Shown: positions 1 to 10,754, numbered from the stretch's first letter. The stretch is 64,000 nt of DNA from Verrucomicrobiia bacterium (GCA_025451535.1 JANWKE010000075.1:56627-120626); one strand, 5' to 3'. The notes: a model not told the origin generated them from the sequence alone. A program made the numbers and translations.

Positions 1-82
1 GGTCCGTTGGCTGTTGCTGGGGGCGTTGCCCGGCGGTGTGCTGGCGTTGGGGGGTCTGGTCTGGCTGCGTCGCAGAAAATAA
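1..82 (+). CDS. 3' end of a GldG-like ABC-transport auxiliary protein (partial)
   Basis: Frame from position 2 reads VRWLLLGALPGGVLALGGLVWLRRRK*, a C-terminal TM helix plus basic tail typical of GldG-family proteins upstream of DUF4340 genes. The stop TAA (80-82) overlaps the next ATG (TAATG). Confidence 0.6.
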   Translation, partial: VRWLLLGALPGGVLALGGLVWLRRRK

Positions 83-1872
83 TGAACTCGAAAAACACCC
101 TTGTCTGGCTGGTCGTCGCCGCGGCGTTGTTCGCGTTTATTTTTGCGTTTGAACATTTCCTGCGGCCGAACGACACGGAACCGCCCGCTATCCTGCCGGA
201 CTTGCAGCCCGCAACGGTCACCAGCATTCAGGTGATTCCCGCCTACGCACTCGAAATTCGGGCCGACCACACAAACGGCGCATGGCTGCTGACCAGGCCC
301 ATAGCTTATCCGGCGCAATCCGCCGCCGTGGAAACCTTGTTGGCAGCGTTGCAGAAACTCACGCCCGCCATTCGCATCAGCGCCGGGGAACTGCGCGAAC
401 AACGCGGCGCGGAAGCGGATTATGGTTTCGAAACCCCAAGTGTCTCGCTCGTGGTTGAAGCCGGTGACCAGCGCTGGCAGCTCCTGGTGGGCAATAAAAC
501 CGCGCCCGGCGACCAGGTTTTTCTGCGCGTCGTCGGGACCGACGGCGCGTTTGTTACGGACGCCGACTGGCTGAAATTCCTTCCGCACTCGGCCAACGAC
601 TGGCGCGACACGGCGCTCCTGGATTTCAACGGCAATGCGCCCGATTGGATTGTTTTGACCAACGGCACGAAAGTCATCGAACTTCATCGCAACGCCACCA
701 ATCATCTCTGGCAGATGACCCGTCCGCTCGTGGCGCGCGCTAACAGCAGTCGAATTACCGAAGCCCTCCAGCGCCTCCAAACGGCAAGGGTTTCGCAATT
801 TGTCACCGATAACCCAAAAGCGGATTTGTCCGCGTATGATTTGCAGCCTGCCACTTTGGATTTGTGGTTCGGCCGGGAAACAAATTTCGTCACCGCCATC
901 CATGCCGGCAAAAGTCCGGCAACCAATTCGTCGTTGGTTTTTGCGCAGCACGACGGGTGGAACACCATCGTCACCACTGCCAAAGAACCATTATCACCCT
1001 GGTTCGGCACGGTGAACGACTTTCGCGATCCGTACCTGTTGGAGCTGTCTGCGCCCGTTGCTGAAATCGAAGTACGCGGGAAAAATGATTTTACCCTGCA
1101 AAGACAGGGCACCAACGACTGGCGCGTGGTCGGGGAAAATTTTCCAGCCGACGCCGGAAGCGTACAACAATTCATCAGGCTCCTCGCCAATCTCCGCGTG
1201 ACGGAATTCGTCAAAGACGTCGTGACGACACCGGACTGGCCGGCCTATGGACTGGCAACACCCGCCTGGCAAATTACGTTGTTTTCGGCGGCAGGTAATA
1301 CCAATGCGGTCATCGGGCAACTGCTGTTCGGCGCGACGCAGACCAATGAAGTTTACGTGCGGCGCGCAGACGAAGACTTTGTTTACGCCATTCCACTGGA
1401 GGATTTTAACCAGTTGCCGGAAGCCGGCTGGGAGCTCCGTAATCGGCGGATTTGGAGTTTTTCGGAAGCCGATGTCGCGCAAATCACCATTCATCAGAAC
1501 GGCAAGACCCGGCAAATGATTCATCATGGACCCAATCAATGGTCGCTGGCTCCCGGTTCACAGGGGATTATTGTCCCGGCGGCCATCGAGGAAACCGTAC
1601 ATCAGTTTGGCGAACTCACCGCCGCCGCCTGGCTTGCTCATGACGCAGCCGAAAGCCAGAAATTTGGATTCAAACCGGGAAATCTTTCCATCACCCTCGA
1701 ACTTAAAAACGGTACGAAAGACACTGTGGATTTTGGCATCTCAGGCTCGCAAACCGCTGTGGCCGCCGTGACGCTGAACGGCGAGCAGTGGGCCTTTGTG
1801 TTTCCGCCGGTGCTTTATCAGTTCGTCTTGAGTTATCTGTCCCTTCCGGTCCCGCCAAGCGGGACACCCTGA
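82..1872 (+). CDS. DUF4340 domain-containing periplasmic protein with about three repeated domains
   Basis: N-terminal TM anchor (MNSKNTLVWLVVAAALFAFIF) and repeated W-x-L/M-T-x-P...L..L...YG[FL]-x-P units. Start moved from 7 to ATG 82 because it is translationally coupled to the upstream stop. Confidence 0.8.
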   Translation: MNSKNTLVWLVVAAALFAFIFAFEHFLRPNDTEPPAILPDLQPATVTSIQVIPAYALEIRADHTNGAWLLTRPIAYPAQSAAVETLLAALQKLTPAIRISAGELREQRGAEADYGFETPSVSLVVEAGDQRWQLLVGNKTAPGDQVFLRVVGTDGAFVTDADWLKFLPHSANDWRDTALLDFNGNAPDWIVLTNGTKVIELHRNATNHLWQMTRPLVARANSSRITEALQRLQTARVSQFVTDNPKADLSAYDLQPATLDLWFGRETNFVTAIHAGKSPATNSSLVFAQHDGWNTIVTTAKEPLSPWFGTVNDFRDPYLLELSAPVAEIEVRGKNDFTLQRQGTNDWRVVGENFPADAGSVQQFIRLLANLRVTEFVKDVVTTPDWPAYGLATPAWQITLFSAAGNTNAVIGQLLFGATQTNEVYVRRADEDFVYAIPLEDFNQLPEAGWELRNRRIWSFSEADVAQITIHQNGKTRQMIHHGPNQWSLAPGSQGIIVPAAIEETVHQFGELTAAAWLAHDAAESQKFGFKPGNLSITLELKNGTKDTVDFGISGSQTAVAAVTLNGEQWAFVFPPVLYQFVLSYLSLPVPPSGTP

Positions 1873-1873
1873 T

Positions 1874-4525
1874 ATGCGCGATGAAACTGGCTTCTGGCGG
1901 CGGTGCCGGACGCTGCTCCGCCGTTTACGCCGCCTGCTCATTTTCCTGGTTCTCGTTTTGATTTGCGCCATTGGCTGGCTCAACCAAATCGGTCTGCCGG
2001 ATTTCCTAAAACGACCGCTCGTCGAAACGCTACGGGCGCGTGGCGTTGAATTGGAATTTGCCCGCTTGCGCCTGAGTCTACGGCACGGGTTGGTGGCCGA
2101 CGACGTTCATATCGGCCGCGCCGACAAAGCGGAAAGTCCAACGCTCTCGCTTCGGCAGGTTCAATTGCGGCTGGATTATCCGGCGTTGTTGCATCGCCAA
2201 TGGCAGATTGACGGGCTGGTGCTGCGACAGGGCAAATTCGTCTGGCCGCTCTCACTGACCAACGCGCTGGTGCTGGACCAGGTTCAGTCCGATTTGAGGT
2301 TTCAAACCAATGATATCTGGTCGCTCGATAATTTCCAGGCGGACTTCGCCGGTGCCAAGCTAAGATTGTCGGGTGATATCGCTCATGCCTCGGCCCTGCG
2401 CAACTGGGAAGTTTTCCACGGCCAAACGACCAACGCCGCCGCGTGGCGGATTCGCTGCCAAAAATTTGCGGATACGCTACGCCAAATTCATTTCGTGGGC
2501 ACGCCCCAACTGAGCCTGACCATCAATGGTGACGCGCGCGATGCCCGCTCCTTCCGGATCCACCTGACGGTCAACGCCGCCGGCGTTGACACTCCCTGGG
2601 GCCGCTCGACCAACCTTCAACTGGCTGTCAGATTGATGGCCTTCACTGGAGCACCGGCCCATTCAGAACCCTCCTGGGGCTGGTGGACCAATCTTCAACC
2701 CTATCGCATTGAATGGACTGCCCAGGTGGAGAACCTGGAATCGGAACAGGTAAACGCCCGGATCGTCAAGTGCGGCGGGTTCTGGCGCGCGCCGGAACTG
2801 GCAGTGACAAATTTTTCCGCCGAACTGGGCGGCGGCGGGCTGGATGCCGGCGCCCAATTGAACGTGGGTACCCGCGCATTCACGTTCACCAATTCATCGC
2901 ATCTTGACCCACAGGCCATTGCGGTGTTGTTGACGGAGAAAACCCGCAAGTGGCTGGCGCAGTTTTCGTGGACGCAACCGCCAAATTTGCGGGCGGCCGG
3001 TTCACTGATTTTGCCGGCGTGGACGAATCGCCAGCCCGACTGGCGCGGTGAAGTGCAACCCACGGTACGGCTTACCGGCGAATTTGCCGCAACCAACGGC
3101 GCCTTTCGCGACATAGCCATTGATTCGGCGCAGGGAAGTTTTTCCTATTCCAATCTGGTCTGGCGGCTGCCCGATCTCGCCCTGACCCGCCCCGAAGGGG
3201 GGCTCGCCCTCGCCGACGTCGAGGACGACGCCACCAAAAATTATCACTGGCATGTGCAAGGGGCACTGGCGCCGTACGCCCTCCGGCCCTTGCTGGCCAC
3301 AAACCGCGCCGAGCGGGCCATGGACCTGTTCACGTTTACCCGGCCACTGTCACTGGACGCAGACGTATGGGGTCGTTTGTATGATGATGACAGCATTGGC
3401 GCCCGGGGACACCTGGCCCTGACCAACTTCACGATCCGCGGCGAGATCGTGAATACGGTTGAAAGTGACTTCGGCTACACAAACCGGTTTCTTGAATTTT
3501 TCCAGCCACGTCTGCAAACCGGCGCGCAAAGGATGAGAGCTGACGGGGTTGCGGTGGATTTTAATGCGTGGCGGATTTATTTTACCAACGGGTTCAGCAC
3601 CGCGGACCCGCGCGCGGTGGCCCGCGCCATCGGCCCGAAGGCCGGCGAGGTCATGGACCCCTATCGCTTTGCCATACCGTGCCCGGCGCGGGTGAACGGT
3701 TACGCGCCGTTGCGCGGCATGGAGGACGCGGATTTATGGTTTGAGGCGGAAGGCGCGCCGTTCGAGTGGTTGAAGCTGAAAACTTCACGCATTACCGGAC
3801 AAATTCATTGGCTGGGTCAAACACTCGTTTTGACCAATCTGATGGCCGCGTTTTACGGTGGGGACGCGAACGGTTTTGCTCACTTTGATTTTCGTCCCAA
3901 ACCGGGCGCGGATTTTGAATTCACCGCCAATGCCAGAAACGCGAGTTTGCATCTGCTGGCAACGGACCTGGCGTCGCCCACCAACCATCTGGAAGGTGTG
4001 TTGAGCGGACGGTTTGTAATGACGAGCGCGAGCTCGTGGGATTGGCACACCTGGAACGGTTACGGGCAGGTCAACCTGCACGATGGATTAATCTGGGACG
4101 TTCCCATTTTTGGCATTTTATCGCCGGTGTTGGATGCGATCATGCCCGGTCTGGGCAGCAGCCGCGCAACGGATGCGGCGGCAAAATTCGGTATGACCAA
4201 TGGTGTGATCTTCTCGAACAATCTGGAGATCCGTTCAATGATGATGCGGCTGCAATATGCCGGCACGGTGGATTTGCGAAGCCACGTGGACGCCCGCGTG
4301 ACGGCTCAATTGCTCCGTGACACCTGGGTGGTCGGCCCGCTCCTGAGCACGGCGTTGTGGCCGGTCAGCAAGCTGTTTGAATACAAAATCACCGGCACCC
4401 TGCAGCAGCCACAAAGCGAGCCGGTTTACATTCCCAAAGTTCTGCTCCTGCCATTGCACCCGATCCGCAGTTTGGAGGAGATGCTTTCCAATGGCGTTGA
4501 CACCAACGCAGTGCCGTTAAGGTAA
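1874..4525 (+). CDS. AsmA-like (YhdP/TamB-type) envelope-bridging protein
   Basis: 883 aa with an N-terminal basic segment plus TM anchor, a long beta-rich body, and an AsmA-type C-terminus (G-x-V-D-L...FEYKITGTLQQP). Confidence 0.7.
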   Translation: MRDETGFWRRCRTLLRRLRRLLIFLVLVLICAIGWLNQIGLPDFLKRPLVETLRARGVELEFARLRLSLRHGLVADDVHIGRADKAESPTLSLRQVQLRLDYPALLHRQWQIDGLVLRQGKFVWPLSLTNALVLDQVQSDLRFQTNDIWSLDNFQADFAGAKLRLSGDIAHASALRNWEVFHGQTTNAAAWRIRCQKFADTLRQIHFVGTPQLSLTINGDARDARSFRIHLTVNAAGVDTPWGRSTNLQLAVRLMAFTGAPAHSEPSWGWWTNLQPYRIEWTAQVENLESEQVNARIVKCGGFWRAPELAVTNFSAELGGGGLDAGAQLNVGTRAFTFTNSSHLDPQAIAVLLTEKTRKWLAQFSWTQPPNLRAAGSLILPAWTNRQPDWRGEVQPTVRLTGEFAATNGAFRDIAIDSAQGSFSYSNLVWRLPDLALTRPEGGLALADVEDDATKNYHWHVQGALAPYALRPLLATNRAERAMDLFTFTRPLSLDADVWGRLYDDDSIGARGHLALTNFTIRGEIVNTVESDFGYTNRFLEFFQPRLQTGAQRMRADGVAVDFNAWRIYFTNGFSTADPRAVARAIGPKAGEVMDPYRFAIPCPARVNGYAPLRGMEDADLWFEAEGAPFEWLKLKTSRITGQIHWLGQTLVLTNLMAAFYGGDANGFAHFDFRPKPGADFEFTANARNASLHLLATDLASPTNHLEGVLSGRFVMTSASSWDWHTWNGYGQVNLHDGLIWDVPIFGILSPVLDAIMPGLGSSRATDAAAKFGMTNGVIFSNNLEIRSMMMRLQYAGTVDLRSHVDARVTAQLLRDTWVVGPLLSTALWPVSKLFEYKITGTLQQPQSEPVYIPKVLLLPLHPIRSLEEMLSNGVDTNAVPLR

Positions 4526-4539
4526 AACCCAGGCGTGTC

Positions 4540-6855
4540 CTACTGTTTTGGATATGCCACGGCATTGGTATTAACGTAGCCTTCAGGTGACACGGGCTCA
4601 AAAAATCCGCTTCCGGATGAAGAAGCTGAGGGCACCGGCCTGCCCGGCATTGGTTGCGTCTGGGATTGGTCAACCGCATTTTTCGTCGCCCCATCCGAAT
4701 CGGGCAATGAGACGGTGTTGGTATCAACCAAACCATCCTGGGGCACGGGTTGATAAGACGTATTCGGCGGCACAGGATGCAAGTGTTCCCGTCTTTGCTC
4801 CGCGCGCAAGGCCTTGCGCTGCTCCAGCTCGTCGCCCGCCATCGCCGCCGAAATTCCGGGCATACGTTGTTCTTCCTCAGTCGTCTGTGCCGCGGCTTTT
4901 TCAGGAGACCTCAGAATTGTCGGACGCATCAACACCAGTAACTCACTACGCTGGTGGTTGCTGGTACGGCTGCTGAACAGACTGCCCAGGATCGGTATGT
5001 CTTGCAGGAGGGGAACGCCATTTTTGCTCTTGTCCTTTTCCGTACGGATGAAACCGCCGAGGATGATGGTGTCGCGATCGTTGACGGCGACTTCAGAGGA
5101 AAGCTGGCGTTTGTCGGTATTCGGAACGTTGCCTACACCTTGAATAAACGTGCTGCCATTAAGGTCGTCTATTTCCTGACTGATATCCATGACCACCAGA
5201 CCAAACGGATTGATGAACGGGGTCACGTCCAGCGAGATGCCCACTTGCAATTGCGAATACGAGGAACTGGGCCCGCCGCCAATGCCGCTGTTGTAATAAA
5301 CACTGGTGACGTAAGGCACCGTGCTGCCGACGAAGAATTGGGCTTCCTTGGCCTGGGAAGTCTGGATGCGCGGGCGCTGGATGATGGAAACTGTGCTGTC
5401 TGCCGCAGCCGCGGCCACCGCCACGTCCCACGTCGGCCCGATGTTTCCGAAATAGCTAAGGCCACTCCCCAAACTGTTGCCAAAAGCGGAGCTTGCAACC
5501 GCAGTCCCATTGGTGCCGAGCGTACTGTTCAGAAAATCAAAGAAAGACTGACCGTTGTTATAACCGCCGGCACCATTCACTCCCTGGCCGACCGGGCCAC
5601 CACTGAAGTTTTTGGGAGCTTGCGACGCAGACACACCAAAATTCCACCCGCTGTTCACGTTCACGTCCATGATGACCGATTCAATCAGTACCTGCGGCAG
5701 CAACACGTCCAGTTTGGCCACAATGTCCTTGATCGTTTTCATGTCCTCCTTTGTGGCATAGACCAGCAACGAATTGCTTCGTTCGTCGGCGATGATTTTC
5801 GTCGGGCCCATCAGTTGAATTTCACCCTGCCCGCCCCCGGTCGCCGCACGCTGGATGATGGACTGTAATCGCTGGCTGAAAGTATTGCCGCCGCCGGCGC
5901 CGCCGGCAGCCGTTCCAAAGGGCCGTGTGATTTGGCCACCGGGCTGATTGATGCCGCCGGGCTGATACTGATTGCCCGTGTTGCCCATGCTGCCCGTGCC
6001 GCCGAAGGCGCCGCCCCGCGAACTGGGAGTGGTGGCATTGCCGATGGCCGAACTGGAACCGCCGAGGCTGTTCAGGGCATTGGCGATATCGTCCACCATG
6101 GCGTACTTGATCGGAATCACCTCGGAAATAAATTCCTCCGGTAAAATCACGTCCACCTTGCTGATAAACTCCAGCATCCGTTTGACGTTTTCGGCGTAGT
6201 CGCGAAGGATGAGGATGCCATTGCTGTCAATCGGGAAAACCCCGTTCGGAATCTTGCCAAATTGTTGCACGACGGGGGCAAGCTCGCTCGGCTTGATGTA
6301 TTTCAACTGGACAATGTGCGTGACGTATTGGCCGACGTCCGGCAGTTGGGTGGCCGTCTGGTTGTTGAATGCCGCACCTTCCTGGCTGGCTTGCGCCACC
6401 GGCACGGCCTTCACGAACTTATCGCCGATGTTGATCAGCGCGATGCCGTTGAGCGCGAGCACGCCCTGCAACGCCTGGACCACTTCGTCTTTGGTCAGGG
6501 GAGTCTCCGTGTAGAGAACGATCTTCGCCTGGGGCAAACCCGCCCGCAAAAGGGTGCGCCCCACATAACGGGCGTAAACGTCAAGAACTTGATCCACATC
6601 CACGCCTTGAAAATTGATGTCGCCGGCGGGGACCATTTGTGCCGAGGCAGCCGCCGGAAGTGAAGCATCAACCGGCTGGCCGGCAGTCGGCGATGACGGC
6701 AGTCCGGGCGTGGGCGCGGGCGGATTGTTGGCCGGGTTGCCGGCCGGGACTCCAGGACGTTGCGGCACGGGACGCATGCCGGGCGGCATTTGCGCCCGCA
6801 GGCCCAGGCTGGTTAAAAGCACGAGCAGGACGAACGTGGTCGTTTTCACAGTCAT
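4540..6855 (-). CDS. gspD: Type II secretion system secretin
   Basis: Signal peptide, N-domains (IADERSNSLLV), QVLIESVI, and the secretin C-terminal motifs GVPLLQDIPILGSLF and SELLVLMRPTI. Confidence 0.9.
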   Translation of the reverse strand: MTVKTTTFVLLVLLTSLGLRAQMPPGMRPVPQRPGVPAGNPANNPPAPTPGLPSSPTAGQPVDASLPAAASAQMVPAGDINFQGVDVDQVLDVYARYVGRTLLRAGLPQAKIVLYTETPLTKDEVVQALQGVLALNGIALINIGDKFVKAVPVAQASQEGAAFNNQTATQLPDVGQYVTHIVQLKYIKPSELAPVVQQFGKIPNGVFPIDSNGILILRDYAENVKRMLEFISKVDVILPEEFISEVIPIKYAMVDDIANALNSLGGSSSAIGNATTPSSRGGAFGGTGSMGNTGNQYQPGGINQPGGQITRPFGTAAGGAGGGNTFSQRLQSIIQRAATGGGQGEIQLMGPTKIIADERSNSLLVYATKEDMKTIKDIVAKLDVLLPQVLIESVIMDVNVNSGWNFGVSASQAPKNFSGGPVGQGVNGAGGYNNGQSFFDFLNSTLGTNGTAVASSAFGNSLGSGLSYFGNIGPTWDVAVAAAAADSTVSIIQRPRIQTSQAKEAQFFVGSTVPYVTSVYYNSGIGGGPSSSYSQLQVGISLDVTPFINPFGLVVMDISQEIDDLNGSTFIQGVGNVPNTDKRQLSSEVAVNDRDTIILGGFIRTEKDKSKNGVPLLQDIPILGSLFSSRTSNHQRSELLVLMRPTILRSPEKAAAQTTEEEQRMPGISAAMAGDELEQRKALRAEQRREHLHPVPPNTSYQPVPQDGLVDTNTVSLPDSDGATKNAVDQSQTQPMPGRPVPSASSSGSGFFEPVSPEGYVNTNAVAYPKQ

Positions 6856-7427
6856 TTCAATGTTGCAGTTGTGTTCTTCGAATTACCTTTGGGCGCGGCC
6901 TTCTGATAACTGGCGATCAGCCGGATGTTGGCGTTAAGATGCTGGTGCGCCGGGTCGGGCTGCAATTCCAGATCATGCACGCGAATCATGGAAGCGTCGG
7001 AACCGAGCTTGTAAAGAAAATCCACCAGTTGCTGGTCGCCGGCGGTGACGTTGATGCTTTGGGCCACTTCAACGAAAAATTCATTCGTGCGAGTCATCTG
7101 GCGGGACATGTTGACGATGCCAACACCACTCCGCGCGGACTGCGAATCAATTGTGCGGATGAAATTAATCGCCTGGTCTTCCGGGGCAACCGCCCCGCCC
7201 TGGCCTTCCATCTTTTTCACCAACACCCGGTAGTTGGCCGACTGCGCAATGGTTGTCTGGTACAGCTTTTGTTTGCGCAGGGTGTCATCCAATCGATATT
7301 GCAGCCGGCTCCAATCGGAAAAGTGCGGCCAGATGAAGACGTAATTTAACACCAGAAACAAAACCACCAGCACCGCCACCGCCAACCGGCGCTCCAGCGG
7401 ACGCAATTGGGCAAAATACTTTTTCAC
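6852..7427 (-). CDS. GspM/PilO-like assembly platform protein
   Basis: LRPLERR followed by a single TM helix, coiled coil and ferredoxin-like end (GDQQLVDFLYKL). Lies directly upstream of the secretin with a 4-nt overlap. Confidence 0.7.
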   Translation of the reverse strand: MKKYFAQLRPLERRLAVAVLVVLFLVLNYVFIWPHFSDWSRLQYRLDDTLRKQKLYQTTIAQSANYRVLVKKMEGQGGAVAPEDQAINFIRTIDSQSARSGVGIVNMSRQMTRTNEFFVEVAQSINVTAGDQQLVDFLYKLGSDASMIRVHDLELQPDPAHQHLNANIRLIASYQKAAPKGNSKNTTATLK

Positions 7428-8800
7428 TTTGCTTCCTCCTGCTTGTGTTTGAGCATGAGCGAGAATTGCCAGCTCACCGTATTGACGCTGGTGCGAAAAG
7501 TCGGGGTCTCGCCGCCATCAAACATGGGTTGGCCGTCCACCTCCGCCTTGCGCACCGCGTCATAAAAATGGTCGGTGATCTGGGAGATTTGGTCCTGCGG
7601 GACGGTTCCGTTCAGGGACAATTGCTGGCCATCGGCAAAACTCATCCGTTGCAACGTCAGGCCGGCGGGCAATTGCTCGGCCACAATCTTCCAGCAATCC
7701 AGCGCCGCGTACTTCAAATCCTGCCGTTGTTGGAGCACCTCGTACCGCGCCTTGAGCTGCAGCGCATTCGTGTAACTGCCATTCAACGCCGTCACCTGTC
7801 GCACTATCTGGTTTACGTGATACCCCAGCACCGTCGTCGCACAAAAATAAATCGTCACCCAGATGACGTATAAAATTCCTGTCGCCACCAGACCCCGCAG
7901 CCACAATCGATCCACGAATTGCTGGTGATAACGCGCGGAAAATTCAGGAGGCAACAAAGTGCTGCGCACATCGCTTTGCGTTGAACGCCGGGCGGTCCGC
8001 GCCGCCAATTCCGCGAACGGCAACGGCTTTGTCACCTGTACCGGCTCGCCGAGGCTCGCGCGCAGGGCGTTTTCCCATTCGCCGGCGACCGCGCCGTCGG
8101 CGACCAGATGCCAGGTCGGTGGGGCAGTGAGCCAACCCTCCAATTCGCCCGCCCAGGTCAGTTGGGCCAACTGGTCCTTCAGACTTTTTTCGCGATCGCC
8201 GGTCGGCGGCAAAACCACAAAACTTAAACTCCGCAACGCGCCGTTGCACCACCACGCCACCAGCGCGACATTCTGTCCGGTAAAGGCAGCGGGATAAATC
8301 CATGCGCCGTCTTCCGTCGCGGGGGTGGTTTCCAATTCATCCAACATGGGCGCTTCGAGCCGGTCGGCCAGATAGCCCTGACCTTCAAGCTTGCCGAGAA
8401 ATTCCTCAACCGCATGGCGGGCGGCGATGACGACAACGACCGTTTGCAGATCGGCCGCGGCTTGCGGCAACACATGAAGCATCCACACCACCTGCGCCAC
8501 CGGGAGGGGCGACAGCTTCTCCAACTGCAATTCCACCATGGCCAGCGTTTCTTCGAAGTTGCTCCGGGGCAACTCGATGACGCGTAGAAATACGTCTTCG
8601 GGCGGCAACCAGGCGACATTCAACCGGGGCTGCCACAGGGAGCGCCACGACTTGGCCACCAGGTTAAACGGCAATGGTTCACCAGGCGCGCCAGCATGCT
8701 CGCGATTGAACGCGAAGCCGCCGCCCCTGGCCTCGAATTGCCAGAGACGCTGCGCGTCGGCACCGACGTGGAGGATGTTGCAAAATTGCCAGCGCGGCAT
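7424..8800 (-). CDS. GspL/PilM-PilN-like assembly platform protein
   Basis: Cytoplasmic actin-like part (LPPEDVFLRVIELP...QLEKLSPLP), LLPPEF before a TM helix, and a PilN-like periplasmic end. Sits between gspE and gspM. Confidence 0.7.
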   Translation of the reverse strand: MPRWQFCNILHVGADAQRLWQFEARGGGFAFNREHAGAPGEPLPFNLVAKSWRSLWQPRLNVAWLPPEDVFLRVIELPRSNFEETLAMVELQLEKLSPLPVAQVVWMLHVLPQAAADLQTVVVVIAARHAVEEFLGKLEGQGYLADRLEAPMLDELETTPATEDGAWIYPAAFTGQNVALVAWWCNGALRSLSFVVLPPTGDREKSLKDQLAQLTWAGELEGWLTAPPTWHLVADGAVAGEWENALRASLGEPVQVTKPLPFAELAARTARRSTQSDVRSTLLPPEFSARYHQQFVDRLWLRGLVATGILYVIWVTIYFCATTVLGYHVNQIVRQVTALNGSYTNALQLKARYEVLQQRQDLKYAALDCWKIVAEQLPAGLTLQRMSFADGQQLSLNGTVPQDQISQITDHFYDAVRKAEVDGQPMFDGGETPTFRTSVNTVSWQFSLMLKHKQEEAK

Positions 8801-8814
8801 AAATCAATCTCCGC

Positions 8815-8905
8815 TTCCTGATTTCCGATTCCCGACTTTGGCAGCACGAACAACCCGCGAACAACGCGCGGCGATCGGCGATCGGCAATCGGCAATCGGC
8901 AGTTT
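8815..8905. repeat. Intergenic short tandem repeats (two heptamer tracts and an 11-mer pair)
   Basis: TTCCTGA-TTTCCGA-TTCCCGA (8815-8835), CGAACAACCCG-CGAACAACGCG (8847-8868), and GCGATCG x2 plus GCAATCG x2 (8871-8898). Confidence 0.75.
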
Positions 8906-8907
8906 CA

Positions 8908-10659
8908 TCACGCCTTGACCCACATTTCGGTTTTGGTGTCGCCGATGAGCGCCTCCATGTGTTCCTCGATCTGGGTGACACGCAGAACCTCCTCAATGGT
9001 TGTCTCGCCGGCCTTCACCTTGTTCCAGCCGTCGGTCCGCAGGGTGCGCATTCCCTGTTCGATGGCCCGGGCCGCGATGGTTGAAGCCGGGGCGCGGTTC
9101 AGAATCAACGGCCGTATGGATTCGTTCAGAATGAGCAGTTCATAAATGCCCTTGCGCCCTTGATAGCCGAGTTGCCGGCAATCTTCGCAACCGGCACCGC
9201 GCCAGAATTTCGCCGTGTCAATTTCCCTTTCGGGAAAACCGATTTTTTGCAGGTAATCACGCTCCACCTTCTGTTCGGTCTTGCAGTGCGGGCAGATGGT
9301 GCGGACGAGGCGCTGGGCCATCACCGCTTCCACCGACGAGGCCACCAGGAACGGTTCAATGCCCATATCAATCAGCCGCGTGAACGCGCTGGGCGCGTCG
9401 TTGGTATGCAGCGTGCTGAACACCAGGTGTCCCGTCAGCGACGCACGGATGGCGATTTCCGCCGTCTCCAAATCACGGATTTCCCCGACCATGATTACGT
9501 TCGGGTCCTGGCGCAAGATATGGCGCAAGCCCATCGCAAACGTCAACCCGATCTCCGGCCGCACGGCGATTTGGTTGATGCCCTTGAGTTCGTATTCGAC
9601 CGGTTCCTCAATGGTGATGATGCGCTTGTGAACGGAATTGATGGCGCTCAAAAAGGCGTAGAGTGACGTGGACTTGCCGGAACCGGTCGGGCCGGTGACG
9701 AGAAAGATTCCGTGCGGCTTGACAATGATTTCACGGATCATCGCCTCGTCCTGCGGTGCAAAACCCAGTTTGTCGAGGCTCAGGAAGATTTTCCCGCGCG
9801 TGAGCAGGCGGAGTGAAACGCTTTCACCATAGACCGTCGGCACGGTCGAGACCCGAATGTCAATTTCCTCGCCCTTGATGCGGACGTTGATACGGCCATC
9901 CTGGGGCAGGCGCTTTTCGGAGATGTTCATGCCGCTCATCACTTTAATGCGCGATATGAGGGCGGCTTGAAACCGTTTGAGTTGCGGCGGCATCGGCGTC
10001 TGATGCAGGATACCGTCAATGCGATAACGGATCCGCAGTTCGTCCTCCGCCGGCTCAAAATGAATGTCCGTCGCACGGTCCTTGTGGGCTTCCCAAATGA
10101 TCTGGTTGACGAATTTGATGACGCTGGCCTCCTGGTCGTCCTCGGTAATCTCCTTGTCGGTGGCGATTTCCAGTTCCATCGGCTCGCTCTCGCCAAGTTC
10201 GTCCAGCGTTTCCGCTCCGACGCCGTAGTATTTTTTGAGCGCCTTTTCGATTTCCGTTTTCGGCGCCAGCGCGAACTGCACCGGGCTGTGCGCGTCGAAC
10301 CGCACGGCGTTCATCATTGCCGCATCAAACGGATCGCTCACCACCACTTGCAGCGCGTCGTCGTTCACGGCGGTGGGGAGCACGAAATATTGAAATGCCA
10401 CCTTGGTGGAAAGTTTGTTCCGCGCCTCCGGCGGGATGGTGTGCTGGTGCAGGTCCACATACGGCCAGCTGAGCGCATTCGCCAGCCGCTGCAAAAAAAC
10501 GTCCTCGGCCAGACCACGCTCACGCGCAACGAATGACAACAACGACTCCGTCGAGCCGTTGTCCGCCGCCGCGCGCCACGCCTTGCGCCAATCGTCAAAC
10601 TGCCCGGGAGTCGTCTCGGCAACCGCCGCAACCAGATTTTTTACTGAGTTAAAACCCAT
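8908..10659 (-). CDS. gspE: Type II secretion/type IV pilus assembly ATPase (GspE/PilB family)
   Basis: Walker A GPTGSGKST, LRQDPNVIMVGEIRD, STLHTND, and the tetracysteine motif CPHC...CEDC. Confidence 0.92.
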   Translation of the reverse strand: MGFNSVKNLVAAVAETTPGQFDDWRKAWRAAADNGSTESLLSFVARERGLAEDVFLQRLANALSWPYVDLHQHTIPPEARNKLSTKVAFQYFVLPTAVNDDALQVVVSDPFDAAMMNAVRFDAHSPVQFALAPKTEIEKALKKYYGVGAETLDELGESEPMELEIATDKEITEDDQEASVIKFVNQIIWEAHKDRATDIHFEPAEDELRIRYRIDGILHQTPMPPQLKRFQAALISRIKVMSGMNISEKRLPQDGRINVRIKGEEIDIRVSTVPTVYGESVSLRLLTRGKIFLSLDKLGFAPQDEAMIREIIVKPHGIFLVTGPTGSGKSTSLYAFLSAINSVHKRIITIEEPVEYELKGINQIAVRPEIGLTFAMGLRHILRQDPNVIMVGEIRDLETAEIAIRASLTGHLVFSTLHTNDAPSAFTRLIDMGIEPFLVASSVEAVMAQRLVRTICPHCKTEQKVERDYLQKIGFPEREIDTAKFWRGAGCEDCRQLGYQGRKGIYELLILNESIRPLILNRAPASTIAARAIEQGMRTLRTDGWNKVKAGETTIEEVLRVTQIEEHMEALIGDTKTEMWVKA

Positions 10660-10754
10660 TCAAATTGTTCAGATTACTTTGTTATATCAACAATTGCAGC
10701 GAAAAAAAGTTGCGTTTTGGCTCGAAAAACCTGCAAAGTCCGACGCGACCAAAA

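Noticed and set aside
1874-4525. Classical N-x-S/T glycosylation as the explanation for the Asn pattern
   Set aside because: Only 3 of 17 TN sites in this protein are followed by x-S/T. The bias is on the residue before Asn.
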